DNA of 64,000 bases from an uncultured Planctomycetota bacterium (GCA_963719315.1 CAVRBU010000002.1:96001-160000), one strand, 5' to 3'. Shown: positions 1 to 9,961, numbered from the stretch's first letter. Notes: a model not told the origin generated them from the letters alone. Numbers and translations: made by a program.

Positions 1-1117
1 ACTAGTGTTTTTCATCGATCCCATCGAGCTCGTGCACAATGTTGGCCGAGGAAATACCGGCCTGCAATTCGTGCTGGGGCTTTTCCCATCGCTCGGTGTC
101 GACGGCCTGATGGCAATTGGCGGCGCCGTCACCTACTCGACCGACGAGTACGACAGCCTCGCCCAATTCCACGTGCTGCTCGAGAATCCGCGCTCCGGCG
201 TGATGCTGTTGCCGGCGTTTCAAGCAGGCGAGACGGCGCCGCAACCTTTCGTGCCCCTGGCCCTGCAATCGTACATCACTTGGAACGAAAACTTGCGAAC
301 CACGTATGACCGCATTGTCGAGCTCGTGGATCAATATCGCTACAAAGGGTCGGTGGACAAATTCGTGCAGGGGAGTATTTCGGACAAGCTGGGCATCGAT
401 TTCCTGAAAGATGTCATCGACAACTTGAAGGGCCGGTACACCTGGATGATTGGCTTCGATCGGCCGGCGCATTTTCAAGGCCAGCAACATGTCTTTGCGG
501 CCGAACTGGTCGACGAAAATGCCGCGGCGGAGTCGCTCACAACCGTGATGAAAAAGTATCCGGAACTGTTCGAGGAACGGCATTTCGGCAACGTGACGTA
601 TTACGGAATCAAATCGCCCCGGCAGGCGGACAACCCCGAAGCAGAACGTCCATTTAATCCGTTTGTCGGCATCATGGATGGCTATTTGTTTATCGGCACT
701 TCTTGCCAGCGGTTCGAGCTATGCATTGCCGCCCGCGACGGCACGGCGGACCGGCTTGTCGATTCCAACGATTTCGCGCGGACGAGTGCCGTCATTGGCC
801 GTGAGACGGCCGGGGTCACGCCGGTCCTATTCTCAATCGGTCGCGAGGAAGAATCCATGCGCCAATGGTACGAGTTGCTCACCTCGGAAAAGACTCGGCG
901 CAGATCGATGAGAAGAAAGAGAACAACGCTTACCTCCAAGCGCTGGCGGAACGTCATGGACCAAAATAAACTCCCTCCGTTCGAAGCACTCGCGCCGTAT
1001 TTTGCGCCTGGAGGCGGAATTCTGTACGACACCGACTCCGGCTACCACGCTATTTCGTTTATGCTGCGAAACGAAGTAAAACCGAACGAGCAGCCTTCGG
1101 CCGCAGCGGCGAAATAA
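1..1117 (+). CDS. Conserved planctomycete hypothetical protein (DUF3352-like), 5'-truncated by window edge; probable compensating indels near 895-945
   Basis: Long open frame from the window start with coding-like codon usage; C-terminal LPPFEALAPYFAPGGG resembles planctomycete DUF3352-type proteins; one short out-of-character stretch (RRRSMRRKRTT). Confidence 0.55.
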   Translation, partial: LVFFIDPIELVHNVGRGNTGLQFVLGLFPSLGVDGLMAIGGAVTYSTDEYDSLAQFHVLLENPRSGVMLLPAFQAGETAPQPFVPLALQSYITWNENLRTTYDRIVELVDQYRYKGSVDKFVQGSISDKLGIDFLKDVIDNLKGRYTWMIGFDRPAHFQGQQHVFAAELVDENAAAESLTTVMKKYPELFEERHFGNVTYYGIKSPRQADNPEAERPFNPFVGIMDGYLFIGTSCQRFELCIAARDGTADRLVDSNDFARTSAVIGRETAGVTPVLFSIGREEESMRQWYELLTSEKTRRRSMRRKRTTLTSKRWRNVMDQNKLPPFEALAPYFAPGGGILYDTDSGYHAISFMLRNEVKPNEQPSAAAAK

Positions 1118-1124
1118 CTTGACG

Positions 1125-2240
1125 CTATTGAGAAGTGACCAGATCGAGTGGCCAGTCGGTCACGAGTTCGGCGCCGCCGGATGTGATGATGTAGTTTTGC
1201 TCGAGGCGAATGCCGGCCCGCAGCGATTCGTGGTAGACGCCGGGCTCCACGGCAATGAAGTCGCCCTCGGCTAGAGTGTCATCCCACTTGGGATTTAGAT
1301 GTGGCGTTTCATGCGGCATAAGGCCGACGCCGTGTCCCAAGTGGTGGCTGAACGTCCAGGGCTCGTGGTCATTCAATTCTTTGTGTGCGAGTTCATACAA
1401 CTGGCGGCAACTTAGGCCGGGCCCTAATTCCGCTTCAATCAATGGGAAAATAGACGCGACCGCTTGCCAGGCCCTCTGCTGTTGCGGCGTGGGCACCCCA
1501 TCGACCGCGAGTGTCCGGCAATTGTCGGAATAATATCCGCGGAAGCCAACTCCCAGGTCGAGAATAAGTAGTTCGCCGGCCTGCGCAGCCCGGTTGCGCG
1601 GCGGCCCACCGGGATCGCACGAACGGAAGTCCTGGCCGAAATACGTCGGCGGTTCACCGAGCGTTTTGACGGCGACGGCATACAGCTCGGCGTACAGATC
1701 CAATTCGTTGAGGCCGGGTCGAACGATCCGCCGCGCGCGTTCGTACATGGCCTGGTTTGCCTCGTTGGCACGCAGAAGCATCCGCAGCTCGTCGGCATCT
1801 TTGCGGCGACGAAGCTCGGGCAGCACGGCGTCGATCTCGACGAGTGCCGCATTCCAGCCCAAGAGCAATTGAGGCGGAAACGCTTCGAACTCACACGCGA
1901 CTCGCTTAGGCGGGCGGCCCAATTTGGCCTGCAACACTGCCGAACCGGCGGCGCGCTGCTCGCCGCGGAGCGTAGCGTGCCACTGGGCTTCGTAACTCAA
2001 CTTTTCGTCCGCGGCTACGATATCGCCGAGTTGATGCGACGGCAGGACGAGCGTCACGTGCCCCTCGAGACTCAGCGCCGCGATCGGCTCGAACGGCGGT
2101 CGCACGTACGCGCCCGTAAGCCACTGCACCGATTCGCGCCTCGTAAGGACCACAAGGTCCACATCGAGCGGCTCGACCGCTTCCAACAGCCGACGTTGCC
2201 GGCCGCGGCAAGCAACAAGGTCAACGGCGAACGGGTCCAC
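1125..2240 (-). CDS. Xaa-Pro aminopeptidase (M24 family)
   Basis: DLG..GYYSD, HHLGHGVGL..HE, AVEPG and GIRLE metal-binding motifs. Confidence 0.92.
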   Translation of the reverse strand: MDPFAVDLVACRGRQRRLLEAVEPLDVDLVVLTRRESVQWLTGAYVRPPFEPIAALSLEGHVTLVLPSHQLGDIVAADEKLSYEAQWHATLRGEQRAAGSAVLQAKLGRPPKRVACEFEAFPPQLLLGWNAALVEIDAVLPELRRRKDADELRMLLRANEANQAMYERARRIVRPGLNELDLYAELYAVAVKTLGEPPTYFGQDFRSCDPGGPPRNRAAQAGELLILDLGVGFRGYYSDNCRTLAVDGVPTPQQQRAWQAVASIFPLIEAELGPGLSCRQLYELAHKELNDHEPWTFSHHLGHGVGLMPHETPHLNPKWDDTLAEGDFIAVEPGVYHESLRAGIRLEQNYIITSGGAELVTDWPLDLVTSQ

Positions 2241-2243
2241 GGA

Positions 2244-3452
2244 TTAGCCCTCGATTGCAGTGTCATCGCCACCGACCGAGTCGAACGCCAGCGGGTGCTC
2301 GCTCAGCGGGTCTTCGATGCGGATCGACGTTTTGCCGGCCAGCAGTTCTTCAATGAGATGACCGACCAATTCGGCCCGCCAGCCGCTCGCCAACAGCGGG
2401 GGTTCGTCGCCGTCGGCGCCCGCAAAGCCCAACCGATACGCAATCAAGTCGCGAACGTCGGTCGCGGTGCCGGCCAAACTTGTGGCCACATTGGCGTCGC
2501 GGCAGATGCTCGATAACGCCGGAGACAGGAATTGCCCCAACAGATTGAGTTGCGACGGCATCGCTTCCTGCGACGGACGTTCGATGTCGTCCAGCGGCGC
2601 TTCGAGCCCCTTTCGCACACAATCCGCGATTTGGGACATTGTATCGGGTTTGAAGCCGTGGTGCATGCCGCGGACGGCGCGAATTTTCTCGAGGCTGACG
2701 CTCTTACGTTTGGCAAGTTCCACGATCAAATCATCGCGTAAGATTCTCCGCTGGGGCACGTCGCGCCGTTCGGCCTCATTGCGCCGCCACATCCACAACT
2801 CGCGGACGACGGCCAGACTGCGCGACGAAAGATTGCCGAGCCCCGAGACACGCCGCCAACGCGGTTTATCCCGCGCATCTTGCACGTCGGCCAGCCACCG
2901 CTCCATTTCCTCGCCCAACCATTCGAGCCGGTTGAGCTTCTTCAGCTTGCGGCCCAACGTATCGTACAACGGAAGAAGATAACGTACGTCTTCGAGCGCG
3001 TAATCGATTTGTTCTTCGGTAAGGGGCCGGCGGCGCCAATCGGTTCGCTGCTCGCCTTTACCGGGTCGGGCGTTCAAAAATTTTGTGACTACCGAGCCGT
3101 AGGATGATGGATATTCCGCGCTGCAGAAGCCGGCCGCGAGTTGCGTATCGAACAAGTGGGCCGGCGGGCTGCCGCAGGCGGTGAGCGCGAAATTCACCTC
3201 CTCGCGGGCCGCATGTACGATCGTGGAGTGCTCGCCGTCGGCCAGCGTTCGCCAGAATTTCGCAAGGTCGCCGGCCTTGTAAGGATCAATGACGGCCAGT
3301 TCGTCTTGCGTCGCCACCTGGACGAGGCACAGTTCGGGGCGATACGTGTCCTCGGACACGAACTCGGTATCGATTCCAATACGATCCGCGCGTGCCAACC
3401 GGCGACAGAAGTCGTCAAGCTGCGCGGAGCTGGAGATCGTCTCGTGCGACAC
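2244..3452 (-). CDS. rnd: Ribonuclease D (3'-5' exonuclease + HRDC)
   Basis: DTEF, HAAREE, FDTQLAA, DWRRRPL, YALEDV motifs and an HRDC-like region. Confidence 0.95.
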   Translation of the reverse strand: MSHETISSSAQLDDFCRRLARADRIGIDTEFVSEDTYRPELCLVQVATQDELAVIDPYKAGDLAKFWRTLADGEHSTIVHAAREEVNFALTACGSPPAHLFDTQLAAGFCSAEYPSSYGSVVTKFLNARPGKGEQRTDWRRRPLTEEQIDYALEDVRYLLPLYDTLGRKLKKLNRLEWLGEEMERWLADVQDARDKPRWRRVSGLGNLSSRSLAVVRELWMWRRNEAERRDVPQRRILRDDLIVELAKRKSVSLEKIRAVRGMHHGFKPDTMSQIADCVRKGLEAPLDDIERPSQEAMPSQLNLLGQFLSPALSSICRDANVATSLAGTATDVRDLIAYRLGFAGADGDEPPLLASGWRAELVGHLIEELLAGKTSIRIEDPLSEHPLAFDSVGGDDTAIEG

Positions 3453-3595
3453 GACTGGCGAGAAGAGGTAGCGTGATAAACTGGAAAAAACGATTGCCGA
3501 TGCTATGCGCCTGAATGTTCAAACCAACGACTGCGACGGCAGACACACAATATCAACGCTTGACGCACTCGCCACAAGGCGGATCGGGAAAAAAG

Positions 3596-5194
3596 TTAAT
3601 ATGGGAACAGGAGATATTGCCACATCATGGCGGCCAGCACCGGCAGCAGGATCAGGACACTGTACACCATGAAGCCGAAGAAGCTGGGCATTTTGACGCC
3701 GGACTTCTCGGCAATCGCGCGGACCATGAAATTCGGCCCGTTTCCGATGTACGTCATGGCACCCATGAACACTGCTCCGAGACTCAGGCCGATCAACGTG
3801 ACGTGCTCCACGCCGGCAACCAAGACCGCATCGGGCGGCTGCGGCATGGCTCGTGCCGTCTGGAAGAACACCAGGTATGTGGGGGCATTATCGAGCACGC
3901 TCGACAATGCGCCCGTCACCCAAAAAAATTGCGCAGGCGTGCGAATTCCCAATTCGCTGCCGTGCACGCTGAGAATTTGCAAAGCCGGCTGCATCGTGAT
4001 GAAGATCCCCGTAAAGATGGCGGCCACCTCCACGATTGCGTGGTAGTTGAATCGATTGGCATAGCGGACTTGCTTATTACCAAACCAGAGCGAAGTCGCG
4101 ACCAGGCTCAACTGCACGATCTCGCGTAAATACATCCAGGGATGCCAAGTCGTTCCCGGCACCGGCTTGCTGGGATCCAACATTGCTACCGCCAGGACGA
4201 CGCCTAACAGCAATGGGACGTTCACTTCCCAGCCGCTGATGCGGAGGCGGCGTTGCTGCTCGATGTCGCGCTCGATGTCCGCGATCGTTTCATGCGGGTA
4301 AAACCAAATCGAGTCGAAAAGCAAGTAGGCAACCAGCAGCAATCCGTTGACAAACAACCATTCCTTCCACAACACAAAGGTCCACAAGAAGGGAACTCCC
4401 TGCAAATAACCCAAGAACAGCGGCGGGTCGCCCAACGGCAGTAGGCAACCGCCACAATTGCAAACAATGAAAATGAAAAACACCACCGTGTGCGCAACGT
4501 GCTTGCGCTCTTTGTTCGTTTCCAGCACGGGGCGAATGAGCAGCATTGCCGCGCCGGTGGTGCCGATAAAACTGGCCAGTAACGCGCCGACGCACATGAA
4601 CGTGGCGTTCGTCATCGGGTGGGCCTGTAAGTCGCCGGTGATCCGGATGCCGCCGCAGATCGTGTACAAGCTAAACAAGAGCACGATGAACGGCACATAC
4701 TCTTGAAGCAACGCATTGGCCAGGACCGCTTTTACGAAACCGGTTTGCATGAACGATTCAGTTGGCTCGACGACATGGTGCGACGGCCAATGGCCTTCGA
4801 TCGAGGTCCGATGGAGGAATGCGTAGTAGGCCAGAGCCACCAGCGACAACACGATGGCCACGATAAACCGATTCCGATTCGAATCCCACCATTCCGCCGT
4901 CGAGGGAATGAGCGGCAGAACGGCGATTCCAGCCAGCAGCACAGCAAACGGAATTACCGTCCATAAGGGCGGTGAGACCATCGCGGCGTGCCGCTCTGCC
5001 GAGTTTTCCGGGGCCGGTTCAGCCGACATGTGATCGGTGGACGCGCCGCCATGCGTGGCCTGAGCTGCTACAATTTGCTTTGTGCCCATTTGCGGCAAAC
5101 CGGCAATTACGGCAACGCCGTAGAGAACTACGACGGCCAAAATCGCCGCGGGAACCGATACGTGGCTGCCGCTCTCGTGTGCGTGTTGCGTCAT
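3596..5194 (-). CDS. Putative sodium:proton antiporter / ion transporter (IT superfamily)
   Basis: Many TM helices; GTTGAAMLL, NCGGCLLPLGDPPL, LDNAPTY, GAMTYIGNGPNFMV motifs; start set at ATG 5194 to avoid overlap with the divergent gene. Confidence 0.85.
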   Translation of the reverse strand: MTQHAHESGSHVSVPAAILAVVVLYGVAVIAGLPQMGTKQIVAAQATHGGASTDHMSAEPAPENSAERHAAMVSPPLWTVIPFAVLLAGIAVLPLIPSTAEWWDSNRNRFIVAIVLSLVALAYYAFLHRTSIEGHWPSHHVVEPTESFMQTGFVKAVLANALLQEYVPFIVLLFSLYTICGGIRITGDLQAHPMTNATFMCVGALLASFIGTTGAAMLLIRPVLETNKERKHVAHTVVFFIFIVCNCGGCLLPLGDPPLFLGYLQGVPFLWTFVLWKEWLFVNGLLLVAYLLFDSIWFYPHETIADIERDIEQQRRLRISGWEVNVPLLLGVVLAVAMLDPSKPVPGTTWHPWMYLREIVQLSLVATSLWFGNKQVRYANRFNYHAIVEVAAIFTGIFITMQPALQILSVHGSELGIRTPAQFFWVTGALSSVLDNAPTYLVFFQTARAMPQPPDAVLVAGVEHVTLIGLSLGAVFMGAMTYIGNGPNFMVRAIAEKSGVKMPSFFGFMVYSVLILLPVLAAMMWQYLLFPY

Positions 5195-5330
5195 CGATTG
5201 AATTGCCCTAGTCGCGTGGGATGCTCTGGCTACTCCTACGGATGGCTTCAAGTTATCCAGCGACAGCGAAATCGTCCATGGCGACCGCTCACCAACTTTC
5301 AATCTGTTCGCACCCGCCGAAAACTGCTTG

Positions 5331-5852
5331 ATGCGCGAAACCTGGCTCAACCCGAATCGCCGCGCAATCCTGTTCGGGTGCGTGCTGCCGCTGGCGATTG
5401 TTGCAATTGGTGCGTGGCTGGCCGCAACAACCGCCGAAAGCAGTCCTTTGTGGCGCTGGCTGGGCATTATTCTACTGCTGATGGGAGCCGGGACGATCGC
5501 CACATTGGTCCGACAACTGCGGCGCCCCCGCGTCGCGTACCAGAATGGCCATGTGTTGTTCTATCTTCGCAGCGGTCCGCCGATCGCCGTACCCGTGGCC
5601 ATCGTCGAAGCGTTTTTCGCCGGCCAGAGCCCGGCGCAGCTCCCTGGGCTCGTGAAACAACCGCCGGCCGTGAATCTCATCGCCCGGCTGTCGCAACGGC
5701 ACACCGAATGGGCTGAGCAAACCGTGAAGCCCGCCCTGGGGAAATGGTGCGACGGCTACGTAACGATCCGCGGCGCCTGGTGCGAGCCGCTCGGCAGCGA
5801 ACTAATTCGCCGGATCAATCGACGACTTAAAGAAGTAAAAGACGCTACCTGA
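5331..5852 (+). CDS. Hypothetical membrane protein (2 TM helices)
   Basis: Two hydrophobic segments then a soluble domain; closely followed by mfnB. Confidence 0.7.
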   Translation: MRETWLNPNRRAILFGCVLPLAIVAIGAWLAATTAESSPLWRWLGIILLLMGAGTIATLVRQLRRPRVAYQNGHVLFYLRSGPPIAVPVAIVEAFFAGQSPAQLPGLVKQPPAVNLIARLSQRHTEWAEQTVKPALGKWCDGYVTIRGAWCEPLGSELIRRINRRLKEVKDAT

Positions 5853-5865
5853 CTGCTTGCCAACG

Positions 5866-6648
5866 ATGATCGACCTGAACCCCAACCCCGAATCGCCCGG
5901 CTTGCTCGTGAGCGTTCGCAACTCCACCGAAGCGCTGGCCGCGCTAGCGGCTGGCGCCGATGTCATTGACGTGAAGGAGCCGGATCGCGGCGCTCTTGGA
6001 GCGGCAGATGCGACGACGATCTCGGCGATCGTGCGGGCCGTCAATGGCCGCGTGCCCGTCACTGCTGCATTGGGTGAAGTGAGCGAGCTCATCTCAGCAA
6101 GCGGTTCGCGCAAATTGCCGATAGTCCCACGCGGCGTTTCGCTCTTCAAAATTGGGCTGGCCGGTTGCGGACGCAATTCGCTTTGGCGATTTCACTGGCG
6201 CGACGTGATCGCGGCAATCCACGGGAGCGCAATTGGAGCGGCAGCGCAGCCCGTCGCCGTCGTGTACGCCGATTGGCACGCCGCACGTGCCCCTCAGCCA
6301 GACGCCGTATTGCAGGCCGCCTTCGAACTCCACTCCCCTGCCCTGCTCATTGATACGTGGGACAAGTCCACCGGCAACCTGTTCGATCACTGGCCGGCCG
6401 ACGAACTGCGCCCGTTTCTCGACCGAGTCCGCGCACGCAACTTACTTACCGTACTGGCTGGGTCGCTCAATGGCAGCGCTTTCGATGTGGCCGTTCGAAT
6501 GAACCCGCATTTTGTGGCGGTTCGCACCGCCGCTTGCGACGCCGGACGCAACGGAAAAGTTTCGACCGATCGTGTGCGCAAATTGAAGCAAACAATCGCC
6601 GCTCACCGCAATGCCGACCCCAATGGTCGTTTAATTGGACAGCGTTAG
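5866..6648 (+). CDS. mfnB: (5-formylfuran-3-yl)methyl phosphate synthase (MfnB/Orf22, DUF556)
   Basis: LLVSVR..EA, DVIDVKEP..GALGA, FKIG, DTWDK, LAGSL, AVRTAAC motifs of the MfnB TIM barrel. Confidence 0.88.
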   Translation: MIDLNPNPESPGLLVSVRNSTEALAALAAGADVIDVKEPDRGALGAADATTISAIVRAVNGRVPVTAALGEVSELISASGSRKLPIVPRGVSLFKIGLAGCGRNSLWRFHWRDVIAAIHGSAIGAAAQPVAVVYADWHAARAPQPDAVLQAAFELHSPALLIDTWDKSTGNLFDHWPADELRPFLDRVRARNLLTVLAGSLNGSAFDVAVRMNPHFVAVRTAACDAGRNGKVSTDRVRKLKQTIAAHRNADPNGRLIGQR

Positions 6649-6703
6649 TGTCTCATCTCCGCAACGAATGTGGTCGCTACAAAAACTGGATTGGGATTCG
6701 GCT

Positions 6704-6719
6704 CGGCACCAAAATTGCT
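6704..6719 (+). promoter_or_regulatory. Putative sigma-54 (-24/-12) promoter
   Basis: cGGCAC-caaaa-TTGCT with exact GG-N10-GC spacing, in the intergenic region upstream of the 67-aa ORF. Confidence 0.6.
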
Positions 6720-6851
6720 CCCCAAGATGCAGTCGATCCAACGTGCACGGCCACAGAATTTCCTTGACAACCAACTCAAAAACCGGATACTCGGGGGCAG
6801 TCGAGAACACTCGATTCATGGAGTCGCTGCACGACAAAGGGGTGGTTCAAA

Positions 6852-7055
6852 ATGTTCAACAACGTGTTAGATGCGATTCGAGAAGGGAACTGGTTTTTCG
6901 AGCCCGAGGATGTCGATCCGAAGCGTTACCAGGCGACGACCGCCATACCAGGCTCGCGCGACAAGCTCGACATACTCGCTGAGCGGGCCCGGTCCGGCTT
7001 GCCTCTTTGGCACGAACGCGATCGGGCCGATTACGAGGATCCGGAAATCGGCTAA
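6852..7055 (+). CDS. Small conserved hypothetical protein (67 aa)
   Basis: GGTGG RBS-like sequence; T.A.PGS.DK..IL..R...GLPLWH..D motif typical of planctomycete small proteins. Confidence 0.65.
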   Translation: MFNNVLDAIREGNWFFEPEDVDPKRYQATTAIPGSRDKLDILAERARSGLPLWHERDRADYEDPEIG

Positions 7056-7155
7056 TCGCCGACCGTCGCCATACGCGCCATCGTCGCCGTGTTGTATGTT
7101 GGGAACTGGTTGTGATTGATATCCAAGCCCTAGCATTCAGCATCAGGACTCTAAT

Positions 7156-7461
7156 ATGCCCAAATTCGGCGTGCGCGTGCCGCACACTCTCACGAAAGAA
7201 GAAGCCCGTTCGCGACTCGATCGCTTCGTTGAAATGATCGAAGCCAAGTTCGCCAACCAGGTGGGCGATCTGCAGCAGTCATGGGATGGCGACACGCTGA
7301 AGTTCCACTTCAAAACTTACGGAATCCCCATCGACGGCGGGATTACCGTTGCCGACAAAGAACTAAACCTCGCCGGCGACATCCCCTTTGCGGCCATGAT
7401 GTTCAAAGGCAAGATCGAGTCCGAAATCCGTGAGCAGTTAGAACGCATCGTTACGGCATAG
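7156..7461 (+). CDS. Polyhydroxyalkanoic acid system (PHA_gran_rgn) family protein
   Basis: VPHTL..EEA..R, W.GD.L.F and PFAAMMFKGKIE pattern; 101 aa. Confidence 0.8.
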   Translation: MPKFGVRVPHTLTKEEARSRLDRFVEMIEAKFANQVGDLQQSWDGDTLKFHFKTYGIPIDGGITVADKELNLAGDIPFAAMMFKGKIESEIREQLERIVTA

Positions 7462-7471
7462 GGCGAGTTCA

Positions 7472-7693
7472 CCGCTATTGAAGGCTAATAATTCGCTAAT
7501 TCAGTACTTCCAAGTTTCGAGACTGGCTAAGAAATGAATTACTGAGGAACGCTGATTCTCACTAATTTCCGCTAATTCCGAATCAGTGGAAATCAGCGAT
7601 AATTAGTGTTCCCGCCCACATTGTCTGAACTTGGAACTTCTTTAATTGGAAGAGATGAATTCCTTTTAGCGTTTGATTAGAGTTCAATAGCGG
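7472..7693. repeat. Nested imperfect palindrome (REP/MITE-like) between convergent genes
   Basis: CCGCTATTGAA (7472-7482) pairs with TTCAATAGCGG (7683-7693); TTCCAAGTT pairs with AACTTGGAA; inner 33-nt arms GGAACGCTGATT.../...AATTAGTGTTCC. Confidence 0.8.
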
Positions 7694-7703
7694 ATAATAG
7701 ATT

Positions 7704-8750
7704 TCACATATCGCCGTAGCGCCGCGGTAGAACGCGAATTTGCTCGCCTTCAATTTGGTACTCGAGACCGGCCGGCGTTAAGAGTGCGTCAAGAAGTTTT
7801 TCCCGGTCGACGTTTTCAACGGCAAACGACACCCGCTGGTCCAGCGATTTTCCTGCCGCCCGAATAGCTGGCTCATCGATCTGAATTGCCCAATGCAGCC
7901 GCTGCCCGAGTTCGCGGAGAACGGCGCCAACCGGTTTTTCCTGGACCCGCAAAGTGTAGACTCGTTTCTTGCCGCCTGCCGGTCGAAAGGGCGGCGGCTT
8001 CGGCTTAGCCCGATCGACGACGTTCTTTGCTATCCGCGCTTCGGGCCGACCTTCCAGCGGTACGATCAAGATCGTGCGGTCGCTTGGTTGCAACTCGAAC
8101 GTCAAATCAAATCCGAGTAGGAGCACCGACAACTGCTCAACCGCGGTGAGTTCCGGCAATTCGCCGGCTGCCCACAAGTCGTGGGGGATTCGTTCCGGCT
8201 GTGCGAGCCGCCAGCCGTTCTGCCCGGCGATGTTCGCCACGAGTTGCCGCGGCGCGCTGAGTCTCGGCCACGCCAGCGGTTTCTTTCCGCCGAGTGATGT
8301 CCGCAGATCTGCCGGCAACCGCGCGGCCACCTTTCCGCGTGCTGCGACAATCGCCCTCAATTGCTCGCCCGCCGCGATCGGGCCCAAATAGATGAGCTTG
8401 CCCAGTCGGCCGACACCCAACTGTTGCTCCGTCGCCACTGCCGCCACCACTTGCTCCGCCGAGGTGGCCTCGATATCGAGGCTCACCCGCAAGCCGGGAT
8501 CGGCTCGTCGGTCTACGAACACGGTTTCGTCGAATAGCGGCTTGAGCCGCCCAATGGCTTCACGGAGGGGAACGCCTTGCCAATGAATGGTCGCCGTTTG
8601 CCGCTGGGCTGGCCGACGCTGCGGCCTTACCGCTTCCAGCGTAAGCCGCGGCTTGGCCGTGTCGCTTTGTGCCGCCACCCGCGGGCTGGAAAGAAAGACG
8701 CCCGCAAGAGCGAGCCCCCAAATCGAAATGTGCTGGATTCGATGACTCAA
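7704..8750 (-). CDS. Secreted hypothetical protein with STN-like (secretin/TonB N-terminal) repeats
   Basis: Signal peptide; repeated 'PLREAI..L...VFVD' and 'V..VL.EL...I.ID..AI..AG.SLD..VS' STN-like units. Confidence 0.65.
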   Translation of the reverse strand: MSHRIQHISIWGLALAGVFLSSPRVAAQSDTAKPRLTLEAVRPQRRPAQRQTATIHWQGVPLREAIGRLKPLFDETVFVDRRADPGLRVSLDIEATSAEQVVAAVATEQQLGVGRLGKLIYLGPIAAGEQLRAIVAARGKVAARLPADLRTSLGGKKPLAWPRLSAPRQLVANIAGQNGWRLAQPERIPHDLWAAGELPELTAVEQLSVLLLGFDLTFELQPSDRTILIVPLEGRPEARIAKNVVDRAKPKPPPFRPAGGKKRVYTLRVQEKPVGAVLRELGQRLHWAIQIDEPAIRAAGKSLDQRVSFAVENVDREKLLDALLTPAGLEYQIEGEQIRVLPRRYGDM

Positions 8751-9298
8751 GGGCCACAGCCTTTGTCAATAGTCTGGTCGAAATGTCGGACTGCTGGCCA
8801 CTGCATTAAACCGTGAGCCTGTCAAGGGAAAAGGTATTTTGTGCCGTAGAACAAACCATCGTCGAAGCACGCCTTCTGCTAGATTTTGCAAGAAAAATAG
8901 TGGCCCACCGCTGGTTTTTCATGTCTTTCTACTCCTCATTATACCCGACCGCGAATTCTCAAGAATATCGGCCGAGTACCGACGACCACAATCTCATCGC
9001 TCGGAGCGATTTTTTCGTTGTGCTCCCTTCAAATGTGATTACACTCAACCCTAGAGATTGGCGGGACCGGCGCCGAATCAGACTGCATCGGGGCGGGTGC
9101 ATCACTTTTCGCCGCCGGATATGAACGAAGGATTCGCAACCGCGCCGTTCAGCGCGGACCTCAAGGAACGGTCGGCAAGTTTGCCGTCGCGCCGTCTACG
9201 GAAACAGTGAGAGTGCGTTTCGGGGAACGAAGGTCCCCGATTCGATCGTTTCGTCTAAGAGCTGACTACATTGGGCCAGATGTAACGGAGTAAAAGGC

Positions 9299-9961
9299 GT
9301 GGACACTCGTCGCTTGCGCACCCCTGTACTTGTCATTTACTACAATCGATATCTCACCAATAACGACTGCGCGATGTTCATCAAGCGCGTGGCGCGGCGC
9401 TATTCGAATACCACACTCGAGCGGCTGCTCCTGACGGGCGACCACGTCGCACGCCGAGCCGCCGTGCTGGCGCTGAGTCTCATCGGCGATTACTCGTCGA
9501 ATGCCGTACTCGGCCGGGCGCTGGTCGATCGCGATCGCGGCGTACGGACGATCGCCGAAACCGGCATCCGCGAATTGTGGTGCCGCGTCGGCACTCGCCC
9601 GCAGCAGGAAATGCTCCGCGAAGTCGGCGACCTCAACGATCAACGGCAACACGCCGAGGCCGCTCGCCTGGCCACCGAGCTGATCCACAGCTCACCCTGG
9701 ATCGCTGAAGCCTGGTGCCAACGAGGCACGGCCCACTATCACCTGGGCCAATATGATGCCGCGATTCGCGACTGCCACCAGGCGCTCGAAATCAACCCGT
9801 ATCATTTCACCGCGGCGGCGGGCATGGGACAATGCTACATGCTGCAAGACAACCCCGTCGCCGCGTTGGAAGCCTTTCGCCGGGCCTTGCGCCTGAACCC
9901 TGGCCTCGAAGAAGTCCGAGCCCAAGTCGTCCGCCTGCAACGCTCGCTCAAACGCGAGTAA
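9299..9961 (+). CDS. HEAT + tetratricopeptide repeat protein
   Basis: RRAAVLAL...D..VR HEAT motif; AEAWCQRG, ALEINPYHF, ALRLNP TPR motifs; GTG start. Confidence 0.88.
   Translation: MDTRRLRTPVLVIYYNRYLTNNDCAMFIKRVARRYSNTTLERLLLTGDHVARRAAVLALSLIGDYSSNAVLGRALVDRDRGVRTIAETGIRELWCRVGTRPQQEMLREVGDLNDQRQHAEAARLATELIHSSPWIAEAWCQRGTAHYHLGQYDAAIRDCHQALEINPYHFTAAAGMGQCYMLQDNPVAALEAFRRALRLNPGLEEVRAQVVRLQRSLKRE

Noticed and set aside
5195..5503. N-terminal extension of the antiporter ORF
   Set aside because: It overlaps the divergent membrane-protein gene; ATG 5194 is the more plausible start.
5866..6648. Methanogenesis or recent archaeal gene transfer inferred from mfnB
   Set aside because: MfnB homologues are common in planctomycetes and the composition matches the host.
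7472..7693. CRISPR array
   Set aside because: The repeats are inverted and nested, not direct repeats with unique spacers, and there are no cas genes in the window.
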